From Deltaproteobacteria bacterium (GTDB taxonomy: Bacteria > Myxococcota_A > Polyangia > Fen-1088): a DNA stretch of 64,000 nt. Positions 40,286 through 50,233 of this stretch are shown here, piece after piece. The translations under genes and the position numbers were made by a program. The stretch lies in the NCBI GenBank assembly GCA_033763315.1, contig JANRKS010000035.1, positions 160,001 to 224,000 of the forward strand. Reading direction: 5' to 3'. The notes beneath the pieces are model-generated. The model was not told the DNA's origin and searched no databases. It saw only the letters and a list, made by a program, of their open reading frames with translations. The number at the start of each line of letters is the position of its first letter. The first letter of the stretch is position 1.

Positions 40286-43192
40286 ATGCTTGCGACCGAG
40301 ACATACCCGCGCCGCCTCATCGAGGTCGATCTCCCGATCGCCACGGTATCGGGGCACGCGCGGGATGGGCGATCAGTCCATCATGGGCACATCACCGCGA
40401 TCCACATCTGGTGGGCGCGCAAGCCCCTTCCCTCCTGCCGAGCGGCCCTTCTCGCTGCCTCGTTGATCGACCCGCTCGACCCAGGGTGCCCGGCTGCGTT
40501 CAAGCAGCAGGCACGAAACGTTTTGGGCCAGCTCTACGGGATGGACCTCGAAGCAGACGGCGAGGCCCTCCGCCGCGGGCTCCTGCGGCTCGTCGCGGAT
40601 TTCGCGGCGTGGCAGCGCGCAACCGACCCGGCATTCCGGCATGCCGCCCGCGCTCTTGCCTCGTCGGCGCACGCAGCCCTTTTTGAGACGGGTCCGTCGT
40701 TCCTCGCCGATCCGTTCTGCGGGGGCGGCTCGATACCGCTCGAAGGCCTGCGGCTCGGGGCCACGTCGTACGCATCCGACCTCAACCCGGTCGCGACACT
40801 CATCAGCAAGGTCACGCTCGAATACGTGCAACGCTTCGGTGAAACGCTATTCACTGAGGTAGAGCGGTGGGGCGCCGAGATCGCCCGAGAGGTGAACGAG
40901 GATCTACGGCACCTCTATCCGGTCGTCGATGGCCAGCAGCCCGTCGCGTACATCTCGTTTCGCCGCATCCAGTGTGAAGGACCTAGGTGTGGCGCCGACG
41001 TGGTGCTAACGAGCAAGTTCCACCTTTCGCGCCGTGGCGACCGCTCCGTCGGCTTGCGGCTTGTAGGCTGGGATGGTCCGACGCCCCGGTTCGAGATCAC
41101 CGAAGGCAACCTGCGCGCATTCCCCGACCCGACCGTTCGTCGTGGTGCCGCCACGTGCCTCAAGTGCGGCTACACGATCCCCGTCGAGCACGTGCGCGAG
41201 CAGCTCTCTTCCCGCGCGGGCGGAGCCGCCTCTTCGCTCCTCGTCGCGGTCGCCGTCGATGGGTCCTCGGGCGAGCGTCTGTTCCGCGCGCCCGCCGACG
41301 TTGACTACGCCGCCTTGCTGACCGCTTCCAAATCCCTGGCTCAACTCGAAACCGCCGAAGGTGATGGGCTCTCCGAACTACCCAATGAGTCGCTTCCGCC
41401 GATCGGAACGCTCGGATTCCGCGTTCAACGCTACGGAATGGTCCGGTGGCGCGACCTCTTTACGCCACGCCAGCTCCTGACCATCACCACCCTGGTTCGC
41501 CTCGTGCGGGAGGCGATGCCCAATGATCGCGCGCCAAACGGCCTCGGGGTCGCCGTCCGTTCGTGCCTCGCGCTTGCCGTCGATCGACTTTGCGACTACC
41601 AAAACACCGGCTGCTCATGGAACCCGAGCGGTTCCGCTCTGCCGCACCTCTTCACCCGGCAGGCGCTTCCGATCATTTGGGACTACGGCGAGGCAAACCC
41701 GCTCGCCTCGTCTTCGGGCTCGTGGGCGGGCGCCGTCGAGCACGTTGTCCGAGGTCTCCGCAACGCACATGTCACGGCCCCTGGTTCGCCACAGGGCGAA
41801 CACGGCGCCGACGTAGGCCTGGCATCCGCGAGTCACCATCCGCTGCCCACGGACTGCGCGCACATCTTGATAACCGACCCGCCGTATTACGACGCCATCC
41901 CGTACGGAGACCTCTCTGACTTCTTCTACGTGTGGCTGCGCCGCATGCTCGCAGCCGATCACCCTGAGCTGTTCAAGACAACGCTGGTGCCGCGCGAGAA
42001 CGAGGCCATCGTTAATCCCGTCGCCGGCAAGGACCGAGGCTACTACCGAAGGATCATGACGGCTGCGCTCGCAGAGGCGCGCCGTGTGACGAGGCCCGAC
42101 GGCGTTGGCGTGATCATCTTCGCCCACAAGTCGACGAGTGGCTGGGAGGATCTTCTCGCTGCGATGATCGACGCGGGCTGGATCATCACCGCGTCGTGGC
42201 CCATCGACACCGAGAACGCTTCGCGCCTGCGGGCGCGGAACTCCGCGGTGCTGGGCTCGTCGATTCACCTCGTGTGCCGACCGCGCGAACACCGCGACGG
42301 CCGCCTCATCACGGACACGGTTGGCGACTGGCGCGACATCCTCGCTGCGCTTCCGAAACGCATCTCCGAATGGATGCCTCGACTTGCCCGCGAAGGAATC
42401 GTCGGAGCCGATGCCATTTTCGCGTGCCTGGGTCCCGCGCTGGAGCTGTTCTCTCGCTTCGCCCGCGTCGAGAAGGTGTCAGGCGCGGTTGTGCCACTTG
42501 AAGAGTACCTCGAACAGGTTTGGGCGGCCGTTTCACGCGAAGCACTTTCCATGATCTTCAACGAGGCCGAAACCGCGGGACTCGAAGAGGACGCGCGCAT
42601 CACTGCGATGTGGCTGTGGACGCTTGCGGGCGCAGCTGCGGCCTCGTCCGAAGGCACAGAGGATGCGGACTCGATCGATGAGGGGGCCGGCGGTGACAGC
42701 GCGATGGCGGGCTTCAGCCTTGAGTACGACGCTGCCCGCAAGATCGCCCAGGGGCTCGGCGCGCGCCTCGAAGCGCTCAACCAGGTGGTGGAGGTCAAGG
42801 GAGCAACCGCGCGCCTCGTCGCGGTCGCCGAGCGCGCAAATGTCCTATTCGGTGGAACCGACGCGGTCCAAGCACCCAGGCGCGCATCGAAAAAGCGACA
42901 GATGTCGCTGTTCGCCGAGCTAGACGAGGCCGCCAGGTCCCAGGGTTGGGGCGATGTCGGCACCCCAAGGGCCGGAGCCACGACGCTCGACCGCGTCCAT
43001 CAGGCAATGCTGCTCTTCGCTTCCGGCCGAGGAGAGGCCCTCAAGCGATTCCTCGTGGACGAGGGCGTCGGTCAGGGCCCGCTGTTCTGGAAACTCGCCC
43101 AGTCGTTGTCAGCACTATACCCCAGCGGCTCCGACGAGAAGCGCTGGGTCGACGGCGTCCTCGCGCGGAAGAAGGGATTCGGTTTCGGATGA
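40286..43192 (+). CDS. DUF1156 adenine-specific DNA methyltransferase, copy 2
   Basis: IHIWWARKP, DPFCGGGSIP, CEGPRC/CLKC, TDPPYY, IFAHKS; colinear with copy 1; start ATG 40286 (or GTG 40283) after GGAG. Confidence 0.92.
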   Translation: MLATETYPRRLIEVDLPIATVSGHARDGRSVHHGHITAIHIWWARKPLPSCRAALLAASLIDPLDPGCPAAFKQQARNVLGQLYGMDLEADGEALRRGLLRLVADFAAWQRATDPAFRHAARALASSAHAALFETGPSFLADPFCGGGSIPLEGLRLGATSYASDLNPVATLISKVTLEYVQRFGETLFTEVERWGAEIAREVNEDLRHLYPVVDGQQPVAYISFRRIQCEGPRCGADVVLTSKFHLSRRGDRSVGLRLVGWDGPTPRFEITEGNLRAFPDPTVRRGAATCLKCGYTIPVEHVREQLSSRAGGAASSLLVAVAVDGSSGERLFRAPADVDYAALLTASKSLAQLETAEGDGLSELPNESLPPIGTLGFRVQRYGMVRWRDLFTPRQLLTITTLVRLVREAMPNDRAPNGLGVAVRSCLALAVDRLCDYQNTGCSWNPSGSALPHLFTRQALPIIWDYGEANPLASSSGSWAGAVEHVVRGLRNAHVTAPGSPQGEHGADVGLASASHHPLPTDCAHILITDPPYYDAIPYGDLSDFFYVWLRRMLAADHPELFKTTLVPRENEAIVNPVAGKDRGYYRRIMTAALAEARRVTRPDGVGVIIFAHKSTSGWEDLLAAMIDAGWIITASWPIDTENASRLRARNSAVLGSSIHLVCRPREHRDGRLITDTVGDWRDILAALPKRISEWMPRLAREGIVGADAIFACLGPALELFSRFARVEKVSGAVVPLEEYLEQVWAAVSREALSMIFNEAETAGLEEDARITAMWLWTLAGAAAASSEGTEDADSIDEGAGGDSAMAGFSLEYDAARKIAQGLGARLEALNQVVEVKGATARLVAVAERANVLFGGTDAVQAPRRASKKRQMSLFAELDEAARSQGWGDVGTPRAGATTLDRVHQAMLLFASGRGEALKRFLVDEGVGQGPLFWKLAQSLSALYPSGSDEKRWVDGVLARKKGFGFG

Positions 43193-43869
43193 ATCATTCA
43201 GACCTCGCGAACGCTATCGTTCATTGGCTCGAATACGAGCGGCTCTGCGGGCGGTCAAACCTTCTGTCCGAGGCCGCCCTCAAGGCACCAGTAGGTGAGT
43301 TCTTGCTCAGCACACAGGGGCATTCACTTGAGGTCGAGGTGCCCTATCCGAAAGAAATGCAGCCCGCGAAAGGACGACCGAGGTCCGTAGATTTCTGCCT
43401 TCGGCGAGCGGGTGGCGGGCGAGTATGGACGAGCATCGTCGAGTCCAAGTGGGCCAACGGCAAACGGGACTTGTCCCAGGAGGTCTTCGACGACCTGCTA
43501 CGTCTCGAGCACGTCCGTCGATCCTCACAGGTGGAGCCATTCGAGCGAGTATTCCTGCTCGCGGGGCAATCGAAGGCCATCGTCCAGGACATTTTCGAGC
43601 GGGAGGCGAACGGCGCCGACGGGCGAGTCCGGCTGTTCGAGGGGGTGCTTCCCCAGACTGGTTCTGCCGGCGTCCCGGTGGCCAACGCCCCGGCCGGCAT
43701 CGTTAAGTATTGGCATGAGGCCGCAATAAACATCGGCCTCAAAGGTCTTCCGCTGACCATGAAGACGAAGCTTGTTGCTATGGCGAGTGCCGGAACCTTC
43801 GATTGTTGGGTGTGGCGCATCTCAAGCGCTCGAAATCGGAAAATCTGGGAGTTCGGAGAACAGAAATGA
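43189..43869 (+). CDS. putative PD-(D/E)XK nuclease
   Basis: Start ATG 43189 (ATGA overlap); EVPYP...SVDF...IVESKW; DDLLRL. Confidence 0.6.
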   Translation: MNHSDLANAIVHWLEYERLCGRSNLLSEAALKAPVGEFLLSTQGHSLEVEVPYPKEMQPAKGRPRSVDFCLRRAGGGRVWTSIVESKWANGKRDLSQEVFDDLLRLEHVRRSSQVEPFERVFLLAGQSKAIVQDIFEREANGADGRVRLFEGVLPQTGSAGVPVANAPAGIVKYWHEAAINIGLKGLPLTMKTKLVAMASAGTFDCWVWRISSARNRKIWEFGEQK

Positions 43870-46679
43870 TGAAACCCTGGTACAAGGTCGTGACCCCACG
43901 CGAGGACCTGCGCGATGGCAAGCCCCTCGACGCGTCGGAGTTCGCGGTCCACCTCGACCACGTTCGCGACGGGCGCGCGCCCGCCGTGTACCAGAATCCG
44001 GCCGAGTTCTTCGAACGAACTTTCCTCACGAAGAATCTCAGCGAACTTTCCGGGCAGGTCGTCCGCCGGCTTTCCGGGGTGAAGGTCGAGACATCAGCCA
44101 TCTTCAACCTCTCGACGCAGTTCGGTGGTGGTAAGACCCACTCGCTGACGTTGCTCTTCCATCTCGCGCAGCACGGAGATGCCGCGAAGTCCTGGAAAGG
44201 CGTGAACGGCATCCTTCAGGACGCAGGCGTCACCAGCGTACCGAAGGCGGCGACGGCCATCTTCGTGGGCACGGAGTTCGATTCCATCAGCGGCCGCGGT
44301 GGCAATGACGGAACGCCGCTTCGAAAAACGCCCTGGGGCGAGATCGCCTACCAGCTCGGTGGCGAGGATGGCTTCAAGCTCGTCGCCGAACATGAAAGGG
44401 AGCTGACTGCGCCGGGCGGCGACGTTATCGAGCGCATGTTGCCCAAGGGCAGACCGACGCTGATCCTTTTCGACGAGCTGATGAACTACGTAAACCGCAG
44501 CCGAAAGAGCGGCCTTGCGGCTCAACTTTACACGTTCTTGCACAATCTGTCCGAAGTTGCGCGCGCTCGGGACAACGTCGTTCTCGCGGTCTCGATCCCC
44601 GCCTCGGAACTGGAGATGACGACCGAGGATCACCAGGACTTCGATCGCCTCAAGAAGATGCTCGATCGCCTCGGCAAGGCCATCATCATGTCAGCCGAGA
44701 CCGAGACCTCGGAGATCATCCGGAGACGGCTATTCGAGTGGCAAGGGTTGCCAAAGGACGCCATCTCGACCATCGAGGAATACGAGCACTGGTTGCTCGT
44801 CAACAAGCAACAAGTCCCGAGTTGGTTCCCCGTCGAGAACGCGCGCGAGGCGTTGAAGGCGTCGTACCCTTTCCACCCATCACTGCTCTCGGTTTTTGAG
44901 CGCAAGTGGCAGGGTCTTCCGCGTTTTCAGCAGACGCGCGGCGTGCTGCGCCTCCTCGCGTTGTGGGTGTCGAAGGCGTACAGCGAAGGCTACAGGGGAG
45001 CGCACAAAGATCCTCTCATATCTCTAGGGACTGCCCCTCTCGAAGATCCACTATTCCGTTCCGCGCTCTTCGAGCAGCTTGGTGAAGCGCGCCTTGAGCC
45101 GGCTGTGACCACGGACATTGCCGGCAAAGACCATGCGCACGCTTTGCGCCTCGACACCGAGGCGACGCCCGAGCTGAAGAAGGCACGTCTGCACCGGAAG
45201 GTCGCGACCACAATCCTCTTTGAATCGAATGGTGGCCAACAGCGCGGAGAGGCAACGCTGCCCGAGGTGCGACTAGCCGTAGCCGAGCCTGAACTCGACA
45301 TCGGCAACGTCGAGCAGTGTCTCGAAGCCCTGACCGACCACTGCTACTTCCTGGCCGCCGAGAAGAATCGGTACCGCTTCAGCTTCCAACCGAATCTCAA
45401 CAAGCTCCTTGCCGACCGCCGCGCGAGCGTTAGCGCGGCCTTGATCGAAGAGGTCATGCGCAAGGAGATCCAGAAGGTGTTCTCAGCGGGGAGTGGCGTC
45501 GAGCGCGTGTACTTCCCAAAGAAAAGCAGCGAGGTCCCGGACCGCCCGGTGCTCACATTGGCCGTGCTCGCGCCCGAGAACCCGGCGCCCGAACCCGCCA
45601 CCAAGAGCCTCATCGCTCAAATGACCACCGAGAGCGGATCGTCTTCGCGAACATTCAAGAGCGCCCTCATCTGGGCGGTTCCAGAGGATGCGTCGGCACT
45701 TCTGGAAGAAGCCCGTAAGGTGCTCGCGTGGAAGGACATCGACGCGGACTCGGGCGAGTTGAAGCTAGACGAGACGCAGCAGCGCCAACTCACCGAGAAC
45801 ACAAAGCGCGCCGAGCGCGATCTTCGTGAGGCGGTCTGGCGGGCTTACAAGAATGTCTTCTTGCTCGCCGACGACAACTCGATCCGGAAGATTGACCTCG
45901 GTCTCGTCCACTCCAGTGCCGCGACCTCGCTCGTCGAGTTGATCCTCTCGCGCCTCAAGCAGGAGGACATCGTCGTCGAGGGTGTGAGCCCGAACTTTCT
46001 CACGCGCTACTGGCCACCTGCACTCCCCGAGTGGAGCACGAAGTCGGTGCGGGACGCATTCTATGCCTCGCCGAAGTTCCCGAGGCTCCTGAGGCCAGAT
46101 GCGGTCAAGGAAACGATCGCGCGCGGCCTCGACACCGGAACGGTCGCGTATGTTGGCAAGGCACACGATGGTGGCTACGAGCCGTTCGTGTACAGGCGTT
46201 CCCTTGGATTGGGCGACATCGAGATCGCCGACGATGTGTACCTGATAGTCCGCGACCGCGCGGAGGAGTACCTGGCCAAGAAGGCGGCGCCCCCGGCCGC
46301 CACGACCGCGACGCTGGCCGTTTCGGACGGCGTCGCACAGCCCGTGCCGCGCACGTCGACCGGTGTGCCCCAGAGCACCACGACGGATATCCCACGCGGC
46401 GTCTCGCCAACGACCACGACTTCAGGATCTTCGGAACCTCCGCTCGGAGCCGAGATCGCGGGCTTTCAATGGAGTGGGGAGATTTCGCCGCAGAAGTGGA
46501 TGAATTTCTACACGAAAGTCCTATCGCGCTTCGCGACCAGCGGTGGTCTGAAACTCGCCGTGTCGGTCGACGTAGAACCGCCCGGCGGCACCACCGTCTC
46601 GAAGGTGGAAGAAACGAAGGTGGCGCTGCGCGAGTTGGGTCTGGCGGAGGACATCACGTTCAAGCGGGGGCGGGGATGA
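43866..46679 (+). CDS. DUF499 AAA+ ATPase
   Basis: KPWYKVVTPREDL, FFERTF, Walker A TQFGGGKTH, Walker B ILFDEL, SYPFHP, FQQTRGVLRLLA. Confidence 0.92.
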   Translation: MMKPWYKVVTPREDLRDGKPLDASEFAVHLDHVRDGRAPAVYQNPAEFFERTFLTKNLSELSGQVVRRLSGVKVETSAIFNLSTQFGGGKTHSLTLLFHLAQHGDAAKSWKGVNGILQDAGVTSVPKAATAIFVGTEFDSISGRGGNDGTPLRKTPWGEIAYQLGGEDGFKLVAEHERELTAPGGDVIERMLPKGRPTLILFDELMNYVNRSRKSGLAAQLYTFLHNLSEVARARDNVVLAVSIPASELEMTTEDHQDFDRLKKMLDRLGKAIIMSAETETSEIIRRRLFEWQGLPKDAISTIEEYEHWLLVNKQQVPSWFPVENAREALKASYPFHPSLLSVFERKWQGLPRFQQTRGVLRLLALWVSKAYSEGYRGAHKDPLISLGTAPLEDPLFRSALFEQLGEARLEPAVTTDIAGKDHAHALRLDTEATPELKKARLHRKVATTILFESNGGQQRGEATLPEVRLAVAEPELDIGNVEQCLEALTDHCYFLAAEKNRYRFSFQPNLNKLLADRRASVSAALIEEVMRKEIQKVFSAGSGVERVYFPKKSSEVPDRPVLTLAVLAPENPAPEPATKSLIAQMTTESGSSSRTFKSALIWAVPEDASALLEEARKVLAWKDIDADSGELKLDETQQRQLTENTKRAERDLREAVWRAYKNVFLLADDNSIRKIDLGLVHSSAATSLVELILSRLKQEDIVVEGVSPNFLTRYWPPALPEWSTKSVRDAFYASPKFPRLLRPDAVKETIARGLDTGTVAYVGKAHDGGYEPFVYRRSLGLGDIEIADDVYLIVRDRAEEYLAKKAAPPAATTATLAVSDGVAQPVPRTSTGVPQSTTTDIPRGVSPTTTTSGSSEPPLGAEIAGFQWSGEISPQKWMNFYTKVLSRFATSGGLKLAVSVDVEPPGGTTVSKVEETKVALRELGLAEDITFKRGRG

Positions 46680-46781
46680 CGTGAAGTTCCCTCTCCTCCT
46701 CCAGTTCGACTGGGCCGCCCGAAGCGTCGCCTCCCGGGCACGTGCCACCGGTTTGGCTGATCACGTCGCCAACCTCCAATC

Positions 46782-47996
46782 ATGATCGCGCTCATGCCTT
46801 CGACCCAACAATGGCTCGACGCTTTGATTGTCCCTCGCCGCGTGAGGGTCGACTCATCGGTTGGGCTTGCCAAAAAAGTCGCTGGCATGGGTGTCTCAAA
46901 GAGCTTCAAGGGAACACCCAAGAAGGCCGTGGCGCTGCCGAGTGACACGTTCCCCAACAGAGTTCACGTTCGCCCAGCTGAACTCCTGTACTACGTGGCA
47001 AAGGCTACGTTGCCCCAAATCGAGAATCTTTGCGATCTGTCGTCAACGTCAGCGCTGCTTCGGTACATTTGGGCATTCGAACCGAAACCGTCGGTCCACA
47101 ACCTGAAACTGAGTAAGGAAGCGCTGGGTATCGATTTCCACCAGAAGATGGTGATGTCGGACGAGATTGGGTGCGGAATGGGATGCCTGTTTGTCGAGCG
47201 CTATCTCAGGGCGTGCAATCCTGTGCCGATCAGCATGGCCCTTGCAGATTCAGCGAACGCTTTTGGTATATCGAAAAAGTATTCGACCTCACCTGACTTC
47301 ATTTTTGCCGAGCCCCGACCAGACGGGAGGTATGTGGTGTTGGAGTGCAAAGGAAGTCGATCAGGGCGCGCCAACTCAGAGCGACAATTGCGCCGCGGGC
47401 TTGAGCAGGTGCCTTCAATCGTTTTCTCGTCTCCACCCGCGCCACTAGCAGTAGTCATGGCGACCAGCCTTTCGAAGGAACGCACGGAAGTGCTGGTTCT
47501 TGACCCAGAGGGCCGCCCGACCCACGTACGCGATCGCACCGAATTTGCCACGACCGTGAGCGCCCTCGGCAGGGAAAGTCTCATCAGGTTCGCTGGAGCA
47601 ATTGGCCTCGCCCGCAGGAAAGCACGAGAACGCGAAAGCAAGCAGCCTGACTTCGGTCTAGAATTCGAGGGACCGCTGTCGCCACCTGCGGAGAAACCAT
47701 CTCCCATGGGCATTCCACTCGTCGGATTCCGGCAATCTGCCCAGATTGGCGATGTTCGAGTCGAGCTCTTCCGGGGCATCTCGACGGCGCAGTTCCGAGC
47801 GCTTGAAACGGATGACATCGAACGTTCGCGAGCAGCTGCAAACCAACTTTTTGGGGCCGCGAGCGCCTTGCGACGCGGGGAAGAGTTCCCGGGACCAGTA
47901 GTGGTTGCGCGGGGCTCCGGCGAGCGGGAGCAGGGAATTGTCTCAGTTGTCGGCCCCGACGGCACGGCGGTTCTGATTGAGGCGTCTTCCGAGTGA
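46782..47996 (+). CDS. putative PD-(D/E)XK nuclease
   Basis: SDEIGCG, SPDFIF...VVLECKG, GLEQ. Confidence 0.6.
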   Translation: MIALMPSTQQWLDALIVPRRVRVDSSVGLAKKVAGMGVSKSFKGTPKKAVALPSDTFPNRVHVRPAELLYYVAKATLPQIENLCDLSSTSALLRYIWAFEPKPSVHNLKLSKEALGIDFHQKMVMSDEIGCGMGCLFVERYLRACNPVPISMALADSANAFGISKKYSTSPDFIFAEPRPDGRYVVLECKGSRSGRANSERQLRRGLEQVPSIVFSSPPAPLAVVMATSLSKERTEVLVLDPEGRPTHVRDRTEFATTVSALGRESLIRFAGAIGLARRKARERESKQPDFGLEFEGPLSPPAEKPSPMGIPLVGFRQSAQIGDVRVELFRGISTAQFRALETDDIERSRAAANQLFGAASALRRGEEFPGPVVVARGSGEREQGIVSVVGPDGTAVLIEASSE

Positions 47997-48064
47997 CCCT
48001 GACTCATGTTGGAGCCCTGGGCGTGGGCCCCATTGTCAGCGGGCACTGCGCGCGTGGCTCAAAT

Positions 48065-48343
48065 CTAGTTCGGCGTGATGTCCCTTGGGTGCGCCATGTC
48101 GCTCTCCTTGAACTGCATGAGCGGGCCTCTGAACGGGCTCGACTCCGGCAGCATCGAGATCACCTCGTCGTACGCCGACGCGATCCATCGTCTCCGCTGT
48201 TCGTCAGACGGCTCTTCTCCGCGTGTCCGCGCCGCCAGTCTCACCGACGTGTAAAGCACCCGGGCTGAAGCTCGCAGTGACGCGATTGTGGCGATGGTCA
48301 CGTCCTCGATGGTGCATGTGAAGTTCTCGATCACGACCGCCAT
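48065..48343 (-). CDS. small hypothetical protein
   Basis: ATG 48343 preceded by strong AAGGAG; directly follows the second MBL gene. Confidence 0.6.
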   Translation of the reverse strand: MAVVIENFTCTIEDVTIATIASLRASARVLYTSVRLAARTRGEEPSDEQRRRWIASAYDEVISMLPESSPFRGPLMQFKESDMAHPRDITPN

Positions 48344-48364
48344 CTTTTTCTCCTTATCCGACAA

Positions 48365-49219
48365 CTATGCTTCTCGCGCCGTCCACTCGGTGGTCCGCGT
48401 CCCCCATAGCCAGCCCTTTGCCGTCTGGAAGCTCTTCCCTGTGTGCGTCGAGTACACGTCCGCACCTGATGCTGCGTAAAGGTCTAGCGCCTCTCGATGT
48501 GGATGTTCGAACTGGTTTCCGACGCCGGCGCTGATGAGCACGGTGCCCGGTGACACGAACCCCAGCGTCTCCTCGTTGATTCCGTTCCGCGAGCCGTGGT
48601 GGGGCGCCGCCATCACGTCTGCTCGAAGCGCTTTACCAAAAATGCGGTTGATGCTCTCCCAGCGCAGATTCTCGGTGTCTCCCGTGATGAGGTACCGAAA
48701 ACCGTCGCGGCCCTCCTTCGGGAACACCTTCGCCACGAGCGAGCAGTTGTTCGAGCTGCACATGTCCTCGGGGTGCGGGCTGAACACCTCGATGTCCCAC
48801 TCGGCCGACAGCGTCGTGAACGTCCTCTCCTCGATACGGTCGAGCCGAATCGGTATTCGATTGAGCGGCGACGCCGTGCCCGCCCTCGCGTCTGTGTGCT
48901 CCTTGAGCGTCTTGAACACCTGCATCGCCGAGGTCGTAAACTTCCGGTACTGCGGATGCATCACCCAATCGGGCCTGTACTTGCCCAGAATCCACGCGAT
49001 GCCTCGGTGGTCGGCGTGGTCATCGTCCCACCCCGTGATCACGAGCCCCGTCACCCGCTTACCCGTGACCGCCTTGGAGAGCGCCGCCTTCACATACGCC
49101 GCCTGGCGGTCCGTCTGCGGGGGGATGTACGAGTCGACGATGATGGCCTCGTCCCGCCCCGCGATGATTGAGAGCGAACCCTGCGCGACGTATGGGGTGA
49201 TGACTACCATGATGCTCAC
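48365..49219 (-). CDS. ComEC/Rec2-type MBL hydrolase with variant motif (GWDDDH)
   Basis: VAQG, IIVD, ITGWDDDH, ITGDTE, APHHGS, ISAG.GNQFEHPH; GTG 49219 overlaps upstream stop. Confidence 0.8.
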   Translation of the reverse strand: MSIMVVITPYVAQGSLSIIAGRDEAIIVDSYIPPQTDRQAAYVKAALSKAVTGKRVTGLVITGWDDDHADHRGIAWILGKYRPDWVMHPQYRKFTTSAMQVFKTLKEHTDARAGTASPLNRIPIRLDRIEERTFTTLSAEWDIEVFSPHPEDMCSSNNCSLVAKVFPKEGRDGFRYLITGDTENLRWESINRIFGKALRADVMAAPHHGSRNGINEETLGFVSPGTVLISAGVGNQFEHPHREALDLYAASGADVYSTHTGKSFQTAKGWLWGTRTTEWTAREA

Positions 49220-50229
49220 GCCGCCTTGGCCGGAATCGCATTCAAGCGCCATACCGGCCATGCCTTCAACGCCGCGTCATAGCTCGCTCCCGGCGCGTGT
49301 CTCCTGGCAAACGTTTCATTGCTGAATAGCACCTTCATCACGTCATCGGTCTGCACGTCCAGCACGACGTTGCCCGCCTGGTTGTTCGTTACGAACGGGA
49401 GGCCCCGGCTATTCCACTCCTCGTACGCGAGGTGCTCCGAGGGGGCATTCCCGAATAGCGTCAGCGTCGGCCTCATCACGTCGAGAAAATCGTAGTCGAG
49501 TCGCGAATGCCGGCCGTGGTGGGGCGCCACGAGGATATCAACGTCCTCGATCTCGCTCCTGTGGTGCTTCAGCAGGTGCTCGATGGTCTGCGTGCTGGCG
49601 TCCCCGCAGAAAAGCACTCGGAACTTGCCGACTCGGTAGAGCACGACATACGAGCAGTCATTGAACTTCTCGCAGTCGTTCGCCTGGCTGGTGAGTTCCT
49701 CGGTGGGCGCCAGGACGCTGAGCCCATCCCCGCCCCGCTGGTTATCCGCGTCGCGGTTCCAGAATTGCCCGACATCGCCATCGTGCAGGATGAGGCGCTT
49801 CGTCCCGGGATGACCGGCTCGAAGCTCCTGGTAGAAATTCCAGTCGTCCTCGTTGAAGCCTCCGCTGCCCGCACCGAAGTCCTTTTCGGCGGTGTTGTTC
49901 GTGTCCCAGAAGTTGTAGACCGGGATCGCCTCGAAGAGTGCCTTCAGCCCATCCATGTGGTCCATGTCCGGGTGGGTGAGAATGAACCGAAAGATCGCCG
50001 AGACCCCCAGCCCTTGCAGGTACTCGATTGGGTTCTCGGGGTGTACCTTCTGATTGAAGTTGCCCCTGGGAGACACGCCCGTCAGCGCACCGAGCGCTTT
50101 TTCGAGAATGGCCTCGGTCGACTTCGGGTCACGCGCTTTGCATACGTCGATCACGGTTACGCGCCCCGAGCCGTGCTGAATGATCGAGCAGTCGCCGTTT
50201 CCCACGTTCAGAAAATGAATTCTTGGCAT
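49216..50229 (-). CDS. ComEC/Rec2-type MBL hydrolase
   Basis: IHFLNVGNGDC, VID, LTHPDMDHMDG, NDCSYV, LFCGD, VAPHHGR; start ATG 50229. Confidence 0.88.
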   Translation of the reverse strand: MPRIHFLNVGNGDCSIIQHGSGRVTVIDVCKARDPKSTEAILEKALGALTGVSPRGNFNQKVHPENPIEYLQGLGVSAIFRFILTHPDMDHMDGLKALFEAIPVYNFWDTNNTAEKDFGAGSGGFNEDDWNFYQELRAGHPGTKRLILHDGDVGQFWNRDADNQRGGDGLSVLAPTEELTSQANDCEKFNDCSYVVLYRVGKFRVLFCGDASTQTIEHLLKHHRSEIEDVDILVAPHHGRHSRLDYDFLDVMRPTLTLFGNAPSEHLAYEEWNSRGLPFVTNNQAGNVVLDVQTDDVMKVLFSNETFARRHAPGASYDAALKAWPVWRLNAIPAKAA

Positions 50230-50233
50230 TCCC

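Noticed and set aside
33243-43192. Both methylase ORFs listed as exactly 1003 aa, suggesting a recent duplication or assembly artefact
   Set aside because: Coincidence: copy 2 likely starts at 40286 (~968 aa), and the sequences diverge throughout.
29813-46679. DISARM
   Set aside because: SNF2 helicase and methylase are present, but no DrmA, DUF1998 DrmB or PLD DrmC; the ATPase is DUF499.
48365-50229. Competence ComEC or antibiotic-resistance beta-lactamase
   Set aside because: No ComEC membrane domain, no signal peptide, and the motif is HxDxDH-type rather than the HxHxDH of resistance enzymes.
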